From Candidatus Hydrogenedentota bacterium (GTDB lineage: Bacteria > Hydrogenedentota > Hydrogenedentia > Hydrogenedentales > SLHB01): DNA of 64,000 nucleotides. The stretch lies in the NCBI GenBank assembly GCA_963668025.2, contig CAXXTH010000013.1, positions 23,038-87,037 on the forward strand, written 5' to 3'. Position numbers and translations under genes: made by a program. Position 1 is the stretch's first letter; every line of letters starts with the position of its first letter. The notes beneath the pieces were generated by a model. That model had not been told where the DNA came from. It was given only the letters and a program-made list of their open reading frames with translations, and did no database searches. Shown in pieces: positions 19,252 through 28,321 of the stretch.

Positions 19252-20040
19252 TCAAGAAACAACCGCTGTATCCGCATTGCCCGGCATTGAGGCAATATGC
19301 AGGTTCCGCGTGAGGGCGCTTGCTTTTTTGCGCAGCGGGCGGCTTAAGCCATCGTCGGTGAATACATGGGAAAAGGATGACCAATCCGCGTAACGGACGA
19401 ACGCGGTCTGGCCGAATTTCGAGTGGTCCACCAATAATACCGCCTCGCGGGAATTGGCGATCATCGCCTGGGTTACGCGTGCGATAGATAGATCTGTCGT
19501 ATAAATGCCATCATCCGTCACCCCGTCCGCTCCCGCGAATGCGATGTCGACATGAAAACGCCGGACGTTTTCTTCCGTCAGCCATCCGGACAAGTCTGGA
19601 TTGCCTTTACGCGCTGAGCCGCCGAGCAAAACCAAGTCGATGTTGTCTCGCGCATATAAAACGGATGCGATGGGGAGCGAAGAGGTCAGGACTTGAAGCC
19701 GGGGCGTAGCGGCCAGGAAACGGGATAATTCGAGCGTCGTGGTTCCCGTATCGAGGCAAATGGCCATGCCAGGTTCCACGAGGGCGGCGGCTTCGCGGGC
19801 AATGGCGGATTTTTCCGCCGCGTGGCATTCTCCCTGCTGGCGAAACGAAAACTCGACGACCCCGGGCGATGCTATGACCGCACCGCCGTGGGTGCGGAGC
19901 AATTCGCCTTTTTCTTCGAGGAAAGCCAAATCGCGCCGGATGGTCATCACACTGACGTCAAGCTGTTCCGCCAGGTCCCGAACGGTAACCTCGTTTCCTG
20001 AAGCCAGTAGATCGCGTATTGTTTCATGCCGTGGAACCAT
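19252..20040 (-). CDS. DeoR/GlpR-family transcriptional regulator
   Basis: VSVMTIRRDL..RTHGGA HTH and LDTGTT sensor-domain motif. Confidence 0.95.
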   Translation of the reverse strand: MVPRHETIRDLLASGNEVTVRDLAEQLDVSVMTIRRDLAFLEEKGELLRTHGGAVIASPGVVEFSFRQQGECHAAEKSAIAREAAALVEPGMAICLDTGTTTLELSRFLAATPRLQVLTSSLPIASVLYARDNIDLVLLGGSARKGNPDLSGWLTEENVRRFHVDIAFAGADGVTDDGIYTTDLSIARVTQAMIANSREAVLLVDHSKFGQTAFVRYADWSSFSHVFTDDGLSRPLRKKASALTRNLHIASMPGNADTAVVS

Positions 20041-20180
20041 GTCGCCTCCCTGTTCTTTTGTGGGCGTTTATGTTCGATTATATACCCTATGCTGCCGTCC
20101 AATTGCAAACAAATCTAACCACTTCATTTTCGATGCATATATCGTTTGATTTCAAGGAGATTCTACATCGATTCGGTGTC

Positions 20181-20210
20181 TTGACAGAAAAGGGGGAAAG
20201 GATGTAGACT
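20181..20210 (+). promoter_or_regulatory. Candidate sigma70 promoter
   Basis: TTGACA (20181-20186), 18-bp spacer, TAGACT (20205-20210), upstream of the 20327 gene. Confidence 0.5.
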
Positions 20211-20215
20211 CCGAT

Positions 20216-20231
20216 TAGTAAACGTTTTCTA
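20216..20231. promoter_or_regulatory. LacI/GalR-type operator-like palindrome
   Basis: tagtaaacgttttcta is 14/16 palindromic with an AAACGTTT core and lies just downstream of the -10 box. Confidence 0.45.
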
Positions 20232-20326
20232 TGAGGATGGGGGAAACGCACAACGGGGGATCATCTGGCTCCAAGTGGGTGTGGAAAAAGTTAAAGTGAT
20301 GTGTTTCACCAACAAGAGAGGGCGCG

Positions 20327-22720
20327 ATGTTGGATACGAAGATGCTGGCCCGGTATTGGGTATGTTGGTTATGGATGCTGATATGGTGCGCGGGCGTCAA
20401 TGAAGCGATGGCTGATACGCCGCTTGAAACGAACCGTGCGGCGAATGATCCGAAGGCCAAGATGGAAGTGATCAGCCAGACGCTAAGCGAGCTTAGGCAG
20501 GTTCATGTCCAGATTGCGGAAGAACTCGAAAGCCGCTTGATTCGCGTCCAGATGAGGCTGTCTCCAGAGCTGAGCATGTGCGGGGAGAAGGTCACGCTTA
20601 CGATAGAGGCCTTGGCGGAGAAAGCGCCGAATCCCACCTTGGAACTCTACACGGATTATTTGGCCAACCAGATGGACCAGAAGAGTGAAATCACACTGAA
20701 GTGGCGCGCGGCGGGTGCGCGCCATGGGCTTACGGTTTACCAAGCCAAACATACCTTCCGCCAGAAAGAGCCCGGTTGTTACTTGCTTCATTGGCAATGT
20801 GACATTGGTGGGGATGTGCCGGAGTTTTGGCGTTCCTTTGCCGTGATTACCGATGAATATGCCGTCTGCACCTTCAATTCCACCAGCCATCGCTCGACCA
20901 CTCCCCACGAGGATTTTCACGCGATGCATTTCCCGCTGGATTGCTGGGAGCAGAAGGCCTTGCTATTGCCCAATTTGATTGATGATCCGAGGCCCGATCA
21001 TTGGGCGTACGTAACCCGCGATTACCGGCAATACGGCGATGCTCCTTCTCCCATGCTATTCACCGACTACTACCTTCGCAACTACCCGAAAGAAGGGAGC
21101 CTGTATCACGATCCCGACGAGATACAGCAGGCGGTGCTATCCATGTACCGCGAGGTCTGGCCCATGCTTGGTTTTGATGGGCCGATGGCCAATTTCGCCA
21201 CGTATAGCTTAGGCAATAAAACGGTGCAGATCGCTCGAGGACAGGGATTCAAGACGATCTCCGCATTGTGCGCCGAGCAAAACTGGCAGGACGGCAGCTT
21301 CCAAATCAACCACTCCGGCATGCCCGACCGCCCGTATTTCATCAGCAAGGAAGACTTCCGCAAGGCAGGCGATGGCGGGCCGGACGGCATGGTCGGCATG
21401 ATCCAGTGCCATCGCAATCCGGTGCTCTGCCATGATTATGACTGCCTGTATTCCTTGGAGCCGTGCTGCCTTTTGTTGTGGAATCCCATGGATGGAGCGG
21501 GGCGCATGATGGCGGATGACCTCGCGATGTCGCGGATGTATGAGAACTTCGACGCGATGGTTCAGAACCGCCTTTCACACGATGCGCCGTATTTCTTTAC
21601 CGTCGGGATCGAACTGAATGGCTTCCCAATAGGCTTGGCCAATGATCCGAAATATGGCGATCCCCAAATCACGCAGTCCAACCGCCTATTGATGGAGTAT
21701 GCGGCCCGCAAGAGCGGCAGCGAGCCGCTGGCCTTCGCCACGGGGCGCGGGGTGACGGAGTTTTATCGCACCCATTTCAAGAAAACGCCCGAGACGGCGT
21801 GCTACCAGCACGATTATTATTGCGGCGTCACCCGGATCAATGATTTTCGGTGGGGTAAATACCTGAGCCCCGATAGCACGGATGAAAACAAGATCATCAA
21901 GCCGGAGGTGCTGGATTCGCTGAAACCGGCAGGTTTTCCGGATGTCATGGAGATGGAAGGGCCGGAATTCAAGGCCATCTTCAAAGCGCCGGAAACGCTT
22001 CCTTATTCCTATTACGATTATCAAGTGAAGTGGGAGTATCCGGACTGGGGGAATGAGGGCCTGCCACGCAATCTGCGGGGATATTTGGCTCCGGGAACAT
22101 ATGACTTAACGAAGCGCGTCCCGGCGATCCTCGATACGCGCCCGTTCCAAATCGAGCGCACCGACGAGGCCAGCGAGGATTCCCTGGTGGTCCGGCTCAC
22201 GGTCCAGGCTTCGGCGGCGCAGCGCAGCCTGGCTTTGGCGCTTTGGGATCTGCCCCGCCAATGGCGCGAAGGAGATGGCTGGTGGAACGTGAAGGGCGCG
22301 GCGCGTTTTGTGCCCGTGCGCGCGCCGTTTACGGGCAACCTCAACGGCATCCTTGTGGCCGATGTGAAGGAAGGAACCAACACGTTTGTCTTGAAGATCC
22401 ATTCGCCCGAACAGCAACCCATGGCGACGGCCTTCAAACTCTCCGATACGCTCGAGGGACGCGTGTTTCACCGCGATGGGCAGTATTTCGGCTACATATG
22501 GACCACACGTCCGGAAGGCGAAACACTCGTGGTGAATCCGCCTGCGGGAGAGCATGTGACGGCCTGCATGGCCCCCGATGGCGATATCCAGGCATGCCCA
22601 GCGGGAACGGCCACACGCTTCCCCCTCGAACCGCACGGCTGGATGCGGCTGTTGGGACTCGATATTGGCAAAATACAGCAATACTGCACGGCGGAATTCC
22701 CGGCAAGCCCGGCGTCGTGA
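20327..22720 (+). CDS. Secreted hypothetical protein, possibly carbohydrate-active (weak resemblance to DUF3863-type proteins)
   Basis: 797-aa ORF with a signal peptide. The GMPDRPYFISKEDFRKAG segment resembles DUF3863-like proteins from memory only. Confidence 0.55.
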   Translation: MLDTKMLARYWVCWLWMLIWCAGVNEAMADTPLETNRAANDPKAKMEVISQTLSELRQVHVQIAEELESRLIRVQMRLSPELSMCGEKVTLTIEALAEKAPNPTLELYTDYLANQMDQKSEITLKWRAAGARHGLTVYQAKHTFRQKEPGCYLLHWQCDIGGDVPEFWRSFAVITDEYAVCTFNSTSHRSTTPHEDFHAMHFPLDCWEQKALLLPNLIDDPRPDHWAYVTRDYRQYGDAPSPMLFTDYYLRNYPKEGSLYHDPDEIQQAVLSMYREVWPMLGFDGPMANFATYSLGNKTVQIARGQGFKTISALCAEQNWQDGSFQINHSGMPDRPYFISKEDFRKAGDGGPDGMVGMIQCHRNPVLCHDYDCLYSLEPCCLLLWNPMDGAGRMMADDLAMSRMYENFDAMVQNRLSHDAPYFFTVGIELNGFPIGLANDPKYGDPQITQSNRLLMEYAARKSGSEPLAFATGRGVTEFYRTHFKKTPETACYQHDYYCGVTRINDFRWGKYLSPDSTDENKIIKPEVLDSLKPAGFPDVMEMEGPEFKAIFKAPETLPYSYYDYQVKWEYPDWGNEGLPRNLRGYLAPGTYDLTKRVPAILDTRPFQIERTDEASEDSLVVRLTVQASAAQRSLALALWDLPRQWREGDGWWNVKGAARFVPVRAPFTGNLNGILVADVKEGTNTFVLKIHSPEQQPMATAFKLSDTLEGRVFHRDGQYFGYIWTTRPEGETLVVNPPAGEHVTACMAPDGDIQACPAGTATRFPLEPHGWMRLLGLDIGKIQQYCTAEFPASPAS

Positions 22721-22725
22721 CGGAA

Positions 22726-22959
22726 GAGCCGGATTATTTCACCACTAAGACACTAAGACACAAGGAATTGGAAGCGGCTCCTTGTGTCTTAGTGTCTTTG
22801 TGTTGAAACATACTGATGCTACACGCCGGCGGTGGAGCGCCGTACCCTCCCTATTCGCGAATATATCCTTTTTTCGGTGATTTCCGGGAACTTGACTCTT
22901 TTTCATATTTCGTCCTATTCTACTCATAAATGAAATGGCCGTTACCTGTGAAAGTGGAG
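22726..22959 (+). repeat. Direct repeat copy 1 (~230 bp) containing a 30-bp-arm hairpin
   Basis: gagccggattatttc...cactaagacacaagga / tccttgtgtcttagtg...gggaacttgactctttttcatatttcg...gaaagtggag, repeated at 23106. Confidence 0.85.
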
Positions 22960-23105
22960 CAAGGGGCGGGGGCGCTGCGGCCGCTTTATCGATCTGCTTA
23001 TGTCTTGATATGAGCTGTGGAGGTTGTAAGCTGTGCAGGAATTCATGGGCTCGATTGCTACAGTAGACAGGCCACAAATCGCTGCTTTTTCGAGTCGTTT
23101 CCTCC

Positions 23106-23334
23106 GAGCCGGATTATTTCAACACAAAGGCACTAAGACACAAGGAGCCGGTGCCAGTTCCTTGTGTCTTGGTGCCTTTGTGTTGAAACATATGAAGGCT
23201 GCGTAGCGGCGGAACGCCATTTTTCGTACGAACAAATATGTCCATTTTTCGGTGATTTCTGGGAACTTGACTCTTTTTCATATTTCGCCCTATTCTACCA
23301 ATGAAGGGAATCGGCGTTACCTACGAAAGTGGAG
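23106..23334 (+). repeat. Direct repeat copy 2 (~230 bp) containing a 30-bp-arm hairpin
   Basis: Same blocks as 22726-22959 with scattered substitutions. Confidence 0.85.
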
Positions 23335-23522
23335 GGGAAGGCCAAGGGGTAGGGAAGCTTGTAGAGTGGTGGATTTGACAAGGTAGTATAACCAATAGGT
23401 CAAAAAGAGAGATTGTAGGTTATGCGAATATGATAAGCATCACCTGTAACAAAAAAACTAAAAAGTCTCAAAAAGCAACTTGATATATACCTAAAATAAA
23501 ATATTTTTATTAAGGGGAATAT

Positions 23523-24059
23523 TTGATGAGCCAGCAAATCCAGGAGTCACTAAGTGTTCTGGACCATATTACCCGTAGAAAAAACACGAGAGAGAATCGT
23601 TCCACTAAATTGCTCAGGGATCCTAATGCTGAAACACCTGATGGATGGTTCATGTATGTGCCGATCTGTTTTAATGACGCTTTGGATATCAAACAGACCG
23701 AAAGAGTAGATGGCAAGAAGAAGAACCTTATGTGGTCACAAGGATCTACTTTTTCGTTCAAAGCAGGAGATACTTTGTATGACACTTCTGATGCATATAA
23801 AGTTTGGTCCGCTGCTCTGAAAAGCATAAATATTTGCGTTCAGATAAAGACTGCCTATGATGCCGGTCAATATGAAAAAGGCTCCGATAGATTTTCTGGC
23901 TCTGTCACCATCTCCATCCTGAGTCCTAACGAAGATCGAAGCAAACTCATAGATCGGGGCGAATATACAATGTCACAGGACGAGTTCGTTAGATTTCTCA
24001 TTGTCGGGCCATCGGTCGAATTAATGACTAGAATTGGAAACCTACTCACGAGATATTAG
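23523..24059 (+). CDS. Hypothetical protein
   Basis: 178-aa ORF in an AT-rich island, RBS-like aagggg upstream; no recognisable motif. Confidence 0.6.
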   Translation: MMSQQIQESLSVLDHITRRKNTRENRSTKLLRDPNAETPDGWFMYVPICFNDALDIKQTERVDGKKKNLMWSQGSTFSFKAGDTLYDTSDAYKVWSAALKSINICVQIKTAYDAGQYEKGSDRFSGSVTISILSPNEDRSKLIDRGEYTMSQDEFVRFLIVGPSVELMTRIGNLLTRY

Positions 24060-24126
24060 GTTTTGGGGTATTTTAAGAAGAGAGAAGATTCAAATTCGAA
24101 CAAGTCATTTCTACTAAGGTAATAGT

Positions 24127-24591
24127 ATGCTACTGGCGCAATATATAAAAATAGTATTCATTATATTTGTTTTTCTCTTGTTTAGTGCTTGTCTGTTCAG
24201 AGGTCCAGTGGATGTCATTGTTGCCGATCATGAGATTATGTTGGATGAGCAAGGAACGGAAATCCAATGTAATCCACCTTTAATGCGCATACGAAGAAAT
24301 GGTTCTCTACAGATAAAGATTAAAGAAGAATGGGATGCGGAGCCGCCATGGCACCAGATTATTTTGGAAAGTGGCAAGGCCGTTACTATCACGGTAGTTT
24401 TGAACGCGGGTGATGGAAGACAGTATATTCCGAGTACGATAGGAATGGCATCAGGACACGACGAAAAGTTTATATCAATCAGGTTCAATCCGCAAATACC
24501 ACAAAATGCGGAAATCAAATCGATACTACTAAAAGCAAGTTCTCCTATTTCTGTAGAGAATATAAGCTGGCGTAATTTTGATCCGCTATAA
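24127..24591 (+). CDS. Hypothetical lipoprotein
   Basis: Hydrophobic N-terminus ending in the lipobox-like LFSAC. Confidence 0.6.
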   Translation: MLLAQYIKIVFIIFVFLLFSACLFRGPVDVIVADHEIMLDEQGTEIQCNPPLMRIRRNGSLQIKIKEEWDAEPPWHQIILESGKAVTITVVLNAGDGRQYIPSTIGMASGHDEKFISIRFNPQIPQNAEIKSILLKASSPISVENISWRNFDPL

Positions 24592-24612
24592 CTTAAGAAG
24601 AGGGAAGTAAGC

Positions 24613-24942
24613 ATGTTTGTGACAACGACATTCACGATAGAAGGCTATCGAATCAAGGAATATAAGGGGGTGGCGCGGGGCATTATTGTGCGCTCTCCCA
24701 CGATTGCGCAGGGAATCGTTGGGGGATTGAAGAATATCATAGGCGGGAGAATCGGCGCGTACACGGAGATGTGTGAACAGGCGCGGTCGCAAGCCTATGA
24801 TCTTTTATGTGAGCATGCCGAACAGATGGGGGCAAATGCAATCATCGGCATGAAATATGATGCTTCGGAGGTGGTTAGCCAAGGCTCCGCCACCGAAGTG
24901 CTCTGCTATGGGACTGCGGTCGTAGTCGTTCCAGAGGGATAG
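24613..24942 (+). CDS. ybjQ: YbjQ/UPF0145 family protein
   Basis: VTTTFTIEGYRIKEYKGVARG..GANAIIG..EVLCYGTAV is the family signature. Confidence 0.92.
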   Translation: MFVTTTFTIEGYRIKEYKGVARGIIVRSPTIAQGIVGGLKNIIGGRIGAYTEMCEQARSQAYDLLCEHAEQMGANAIIGMKYDASEVVSQGSATEVLCYGTAVVVVPEG

Positions 24943-24971
24943 GTAGACAAAATTCGACAAGACCTTTCGAT

Positions 24972-25454
24972 ATGCCGAGCATTCGGGATGTTGTGCGGTC
25001 GAAGTACACTTTTTGGGGGGCTCCATCCATGATACCGGGCGTTTGCATCATGATCGTATCGTCCAAGTTTCCCATATTGGAGGGCGAGGAAAGTGAGTTG
25101 GTTAATAAGGGATTTTATGGAAAGGCTCTTTGCCAATACCTTCAGGATAAGCTCACCAAGGCGGGATACCAGGTTCCATTCTATTGTTGTGAAGACTGGG
25201 GGTGGTGGGTTGAGCTCAAAGGCCCAGGGACTCCGATGGGATTGCTAGTTTATTGCATGCCTGAACAAAAAGGCGATCCCAAAAAATACGCAATCATGTC
25301 TTCGATAACCGATGAAAAGATGTGGTCATGGCGTAAACTTAGGAAGATCGAAGTGGGTGCGTCTGTGAAGAAGGTGATGGATGATCTCGAACAACTGCTT
25401 AAAGAAGACAAAGAAATAGACAGTGTAACCAGGCATGACGAATATCCTGGTTGA
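24972..25454 (+). CDS. Hypothetical protein
   Basis: ORF with an EDWGWWVE motif; the real start is probably later (around 25030-25050). Confidence 0.6.
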   Translation: MPSIRDVVRSKYTFWGAPSMIPGVCIMIVSSKFPILEGEESELVNKGFYGKALCQYLQDKLTKAGYQVPFYCCEDWGWWVELKGPGTPMGLLVYCMPEQKGDPKKYAIMSSITDEKMWSWRKLRKIEVGASVKKVMDDLEQLLKEDKEIDSVTRHDEYPG

Positions 25455-25537
25455 TCACGGCAGGGAGGCAAAATCCACTGGCATGGGCGTTGCTTATGAC
25501 CCAATGGACCAGCATAACATAGTTTATTCTCGGTTAC

Positions 25538-25649
25538 CTTTGCGTTTTTTGCGGCGCTGCGTGCGTATGAATGGGTGGGGGCGCGCTACCGGTATCGGTG
25601 TATACAATTTTTAGTTATATATTTCACGCAAAGACGCGAAGCCGCAAAG
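25538..25649. repeat. Degenerate REP-like inverted element (cgcaaag units)
   Basis: ctttgcg..tttgcggc..gcgtg on the left versus cacgcaaagacgcgaagccgcaaag on the right. Confidence 0.4.
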
Positions 25650-25863
25650 AGTGTAAACGTTTGAAGCGTGGCATACCTGTAATGAAAAGACTTCTTGTTT
25701 ATTTTATGGAAGCTGGAGAGTAAGGTGCTGAAGGTTAAAAGAGGTCAACTGGCGTTGTTGGCATGTATTGATAGAATTATTAAATGTAATATCTGTTATG
25801 GAATGGTAATTTTGGGAGTTGTTTCAACCAAAATAAAATAACAACAGTGGGGGTAGTACTGCG

Positions 25864-26262
25864 ATGTGTGGCATTGCTTCGTTGATTGGGCTTGTGATCG
25901 GATTTGCTATTGGCTCGCTCATTGGGGCCCTCATCATACAACTGGTTACGAGATGGATATGCGGATTCGCCCCACCGTATAGCATGGCATATCGAGCATG
26001 CATATTTTCTTGTCTTGCAGGCTTGGTCATTAGCATAGCGCTTGCAATCATTTGTGGGGACATAGGCGGTGCGCTTGATCTGCTGGATTATGTTATAAGC
26101 TTTTTCGTTACTGCAGGAATATTTAGCCTTGTGCTCAAAGATGACTATGGCGATGTGATCAGCTTTGGTAAAGCGTGCTTGATTAGTCTTGTGCTGGTAT
26201 TGATCGGTGTGGTTTTTAGAGGGGGGATTTTTTTGCTCGCGGGCCTTGTGTCACAAGCATAA
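25864..26262 (+). CDS. Small integral membrane protein (about 4 TM)
   Basis: 132 aa, almost entirely hydrophobic segments. Confidence 0.7.
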   Translation: MCGIASLIGLVIGFAIGSLIGALIIQLVTRWICGFAPPYSMAYRACIFSCLAGLVISIALAIICGDIGGALDLLDYVISFFVTAGIFSLVLKDDYGDVISFGKACLISLVLVLIGVVFRGGIFLLAGLVSQA

Positions 26263-26310
26263 AACGAACGATAGAAAAACCTTCCCTTTTTATACGATGG
26301 CTTAATGTCT

Positions 26311-26380
26311 TAAGCATAAGCGTCTCGCCCATGAAGTGATGGTTATAGCCTTCACTTCATGGGCGAGACGCCCATGCTAC
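26311..26380. repeat. GTAG-type REP doublet (REPIN-like), probably also a bidirectional terminator
   Basis: Perfect 20-bp arms at 26320-26339 and 26352-26371. The minus strand reads GTAG-catgggcg-tct-cgcccatg. Lies between convergent genes. Confidence 0.7.
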
Positions 26381-26381
26381 C

Positions 26382-27080
26382 TTACGGCGCGGTATAGATC
26401 ATCCAGAGGCCGCCGAGGAGGACGAGTGCGCCGCATACCTTTTTAAGGATGACCGCGCCGTGGGCGTGTTCGTTCCAGTCGAGGTAGCGCTGCACCGCCC
26501 CCGTGAATGTGCCCGCGAACACGATGACGGAGCAGTGTCCCGCGCCGTAGGCGAGCAGCAATAGCACGCCATAACTGAGATTGGTGGCGGCGAGTTTGAA
26601 CGCGACGCCGAGCATGGGGGCCATGTAGGCGAAGGTGCATGGCCCGAGCGCGATGCCGAACACCAAGCCCAGGATGAGCGCCGCGAGCGCTCCTTTTCGT
26701 TTCATGCCCACGCTGCCGGGGCCTGTCCACGGCGCGGGGAGCACGTCCAGTAGGTGCAAGCCCACGAGGAAGAAGATGATGGCGACAAAGTAGTTGCCGT
26801 AGCGGCCCACGTCGCCCATCATCCGGCCCGCGCCTGCGGTGGCGGCCCCGATCAGCCCGATGGTGATGAGGATGCCAAAGGCGAAGAGGAAGGAGATGTA
26901 GAAGGCGCGGCGCGTGCTGATGCGGCCCTGCTCGTCGATGAAGCCGATGATGAGCGGGATGCTGGCGAGGTGGCACGGGCTAAGCAGGATGCTCAGCACG
27001 CCCCAAATAAACGACGCCGCCAAGGCGGCGAAGGCGCTGCCTTCGACGGCATGGGTTAAGGAGGTGAACAGTTCTTGCAT
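26382..27080 (-). CDS. ccdA: CcdA/DsbD-type transmembrane disulfide reductant protein
   Basis: LSPCHLASIP and LGPCTFAY PC motifs with TM segments. RBS aggag before ATG 27080 (MQELF), so the 27233 start is an over-extension. Confidence 0.88.
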   Translation of the reverse strand: MQELFTSLTHAVEGSAFAALAASFIWGVLSILLSPCHLASIPLIIGFIDEQGRISTRRAFYISFLFAFGILITIGLIGAATAGAGRMMGDVGRYGNYFVAIIFFLVGLHLLDVLPAPWTGPGSVGMKRKGALAALILGLVFGIALGPCTFAYMAPMLGVAFKLAATNLSYGVLLLLAYGAGHCSVIVFAGTFTGAVQRYLDWNEHAHGAVILKKVCGALVLLGGLWMIYTAP

Positions 27081-27111
27081 GCCCGATAGCTCCTGTTGCG
27101 CTGCTTGCCGT

Positions 27112-27624
27112 TTAGCTGCCCAGTGGCGGGGCCGCGCTGGCCAAGTCCACGCCGAAGCCCTTCCATTTGGCCAGAATATCTTCCTTCGAGAAGAATCCTT
27201 GATGGCGGAACAATTCTTTACCACTCGAATCATAGAAGATTTGCGTGGGGATCACTTCGACGCCGTATTCTTTTCCCGCATCGGGATTCTTCCATACATC
27301 GATAAACTGCACATCGAGCTTTCCGGCATACTCTTTTTTCAATTCATCGAGAATGGGGGCCATCATTTTGCAGGGGATGCATTTATCCGCGCCGAGGTCC
27401 ACCAAGCGGGGAAGGGCGGGCGGGGTTTCGACGGGCGCGGCTTCGGGAGCGCCAGGCGCGGGCGTTTGCGGTGCGCTCGCTACTGCTAGATTCTCGGGCG
27501 CGTTTTTGGAGCCTGGCGTGTTTTTCATGTAGAGCGCTCCCGCCACGGCGGCGGCGAGAACCACTACGATGGCGATCTTTATGCCCCATTTGGAGCCGGT
27601 GCCTGATTGCGTTGGGCTAGACAT
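27112..27624 (-). CDS. Membrane-anchored thioredoxin-family protein
   Basis: N-terminal TM, DLGADKCIPCKMM (CxxC), IPTQIF. Confidence 0.9.
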   Translation of the reverse strand: MSSPTQSGTGSKWGIKIAIVVVLAAAVAGALYMKNTPGSKNAPENLAVASAPQTPAPGAPEAAPVETPPALPRLVDLGADKCIPCKMMAPILDELKKEYAGKLDVQFIDVWKNPDAGKEYGVEVIPTQIFYDSSGKELFRHQGFFSKEDILAKWKGFGVDLASAAPPLGS

Positions 27625-27661
27625 GGGATGTTCTCCTCTTCGTGCTTTTCCAGTTGGTTTG

Positions 27662-28051
27662 CTACTCGCATGCCGCTTGTTTCGCTAAGGCCTCGGCCCC
27701 TGCGCTTGCCGCTTTGGTGATGTTCTCCTCCGTCACGGGCGTCTTGCCTTTTTGCATGCCCAAGTCTTGCAGGCGCACATGGGCGAAGCCCGTGAAGCCG
27801 CCCTTTTCCAAGATGGTGCGGGAACAATCGTGGTCGCAGCCGTCGAGCACCAATATCTGGGAAGCGGCTTGGGTCTTTTCCATAATTTTCGGCACATTCG
27901 CGGCGACGGCGGCGGCGCAGGACATGAACGCGGTCTTGTCTCTATTGAGCTGGCGTGCGGCTTGGTCCGCGATAGCGCCTACATCCGATGCGCCTGAACA
28001 CGCAAAACACAAATTGAATTCTAAACGCCCGCAATTGCATGATTCCGACAT
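27662..28051 (-). CDS. DGC-domain putative zinc-binding protein
   Basis: ACSGASDVG and LDGCDHDC motifs; start at ATG 28051 (MSESCNC). Confidence 0.88.
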   Translation of the reverse strand: MSESCNCGRLEFNLCFACSGASDVGAIADQAARQLNRDKTAFMSCAAAVAANVPKIMEKTQAASQILVLDGCDHDCSRTILEKGGFTGFAHVRLQDLGMQKGKTPVTEENITKAASAGAEALAKQAACE

Positions 28052-28067
28052 GGTTCTCTCCCTTTCG

Positions 28068-28301
28068 TTATTGCAGCATCTTTTTGATTTCATCAACGGA
28101 GGGCACTTTGCCCGACACTTTGACTTCGCCGTCCACGGCCAGCGCCGGGGTGACCATCACGCCGAAATCCAAGATGGCTCCGATGTCTTTGATCTTTTCC
28201 ATTTCATACTCGATGCCCAATTCCTTTGCGGCGGCCTCCGCCGACTCCGCTAGTTTCTGGCACTTGGGGCATCCGGTTCCTAGAATTTGTATTTTCTTCA
28301 T
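28068..28301 (-). CDS. Small redox-active disulfide protein 2 (MTH895-like thioredoxin)
   Basis: KIQILGTGCPKC..GVMVTPALAVDGEVKVSG. Confidence 0.92.
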   Translation of the reverse strand: MKKIQILGTGCPKCQKLAESAEAAAKELGIEYEMEKIKDIGAILDFGVMVTPALAVDGEVKVSGKVPSVDEIKKMLQ

Positions 28302-28321
28302 AACTGGCTACTCCTTTTTCA

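Noticed and set aside
1917-22806. Many 60-190 aa antisense or alternate-frame ORFs inside the long genes
   Set aside because: They are shadow ORFs expected in GC-rich coding DNA and carry no motifs.
22745-23077. 110-aa minus-strand ORF
   Set aside because: It is a translation of the repeat element (TKTLRHKE comes from the hairpin arm) and has no coding features.
22726-23334. Possible CRISPR array
   Set aside because: Only two long copies, no repeat-spacer periodicity and no cas genes.
23523-26262. Integron cassette array
   Set aside because: No attC-like RYYYAAC...GTTRRRY structures were found between the genes, and there is no integrase.
27081-27233. N-terminal extension of CcdA in the ORF track
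   Set aside because: It overlaps the thioredoxin gene, and a good RBS supports ATG 27080.
27662-28301. Selenocysteine recoding in the DGC or thioredoxin genes
   Set aside because: All motif positions are Cys codons, with no in-frame TGA.
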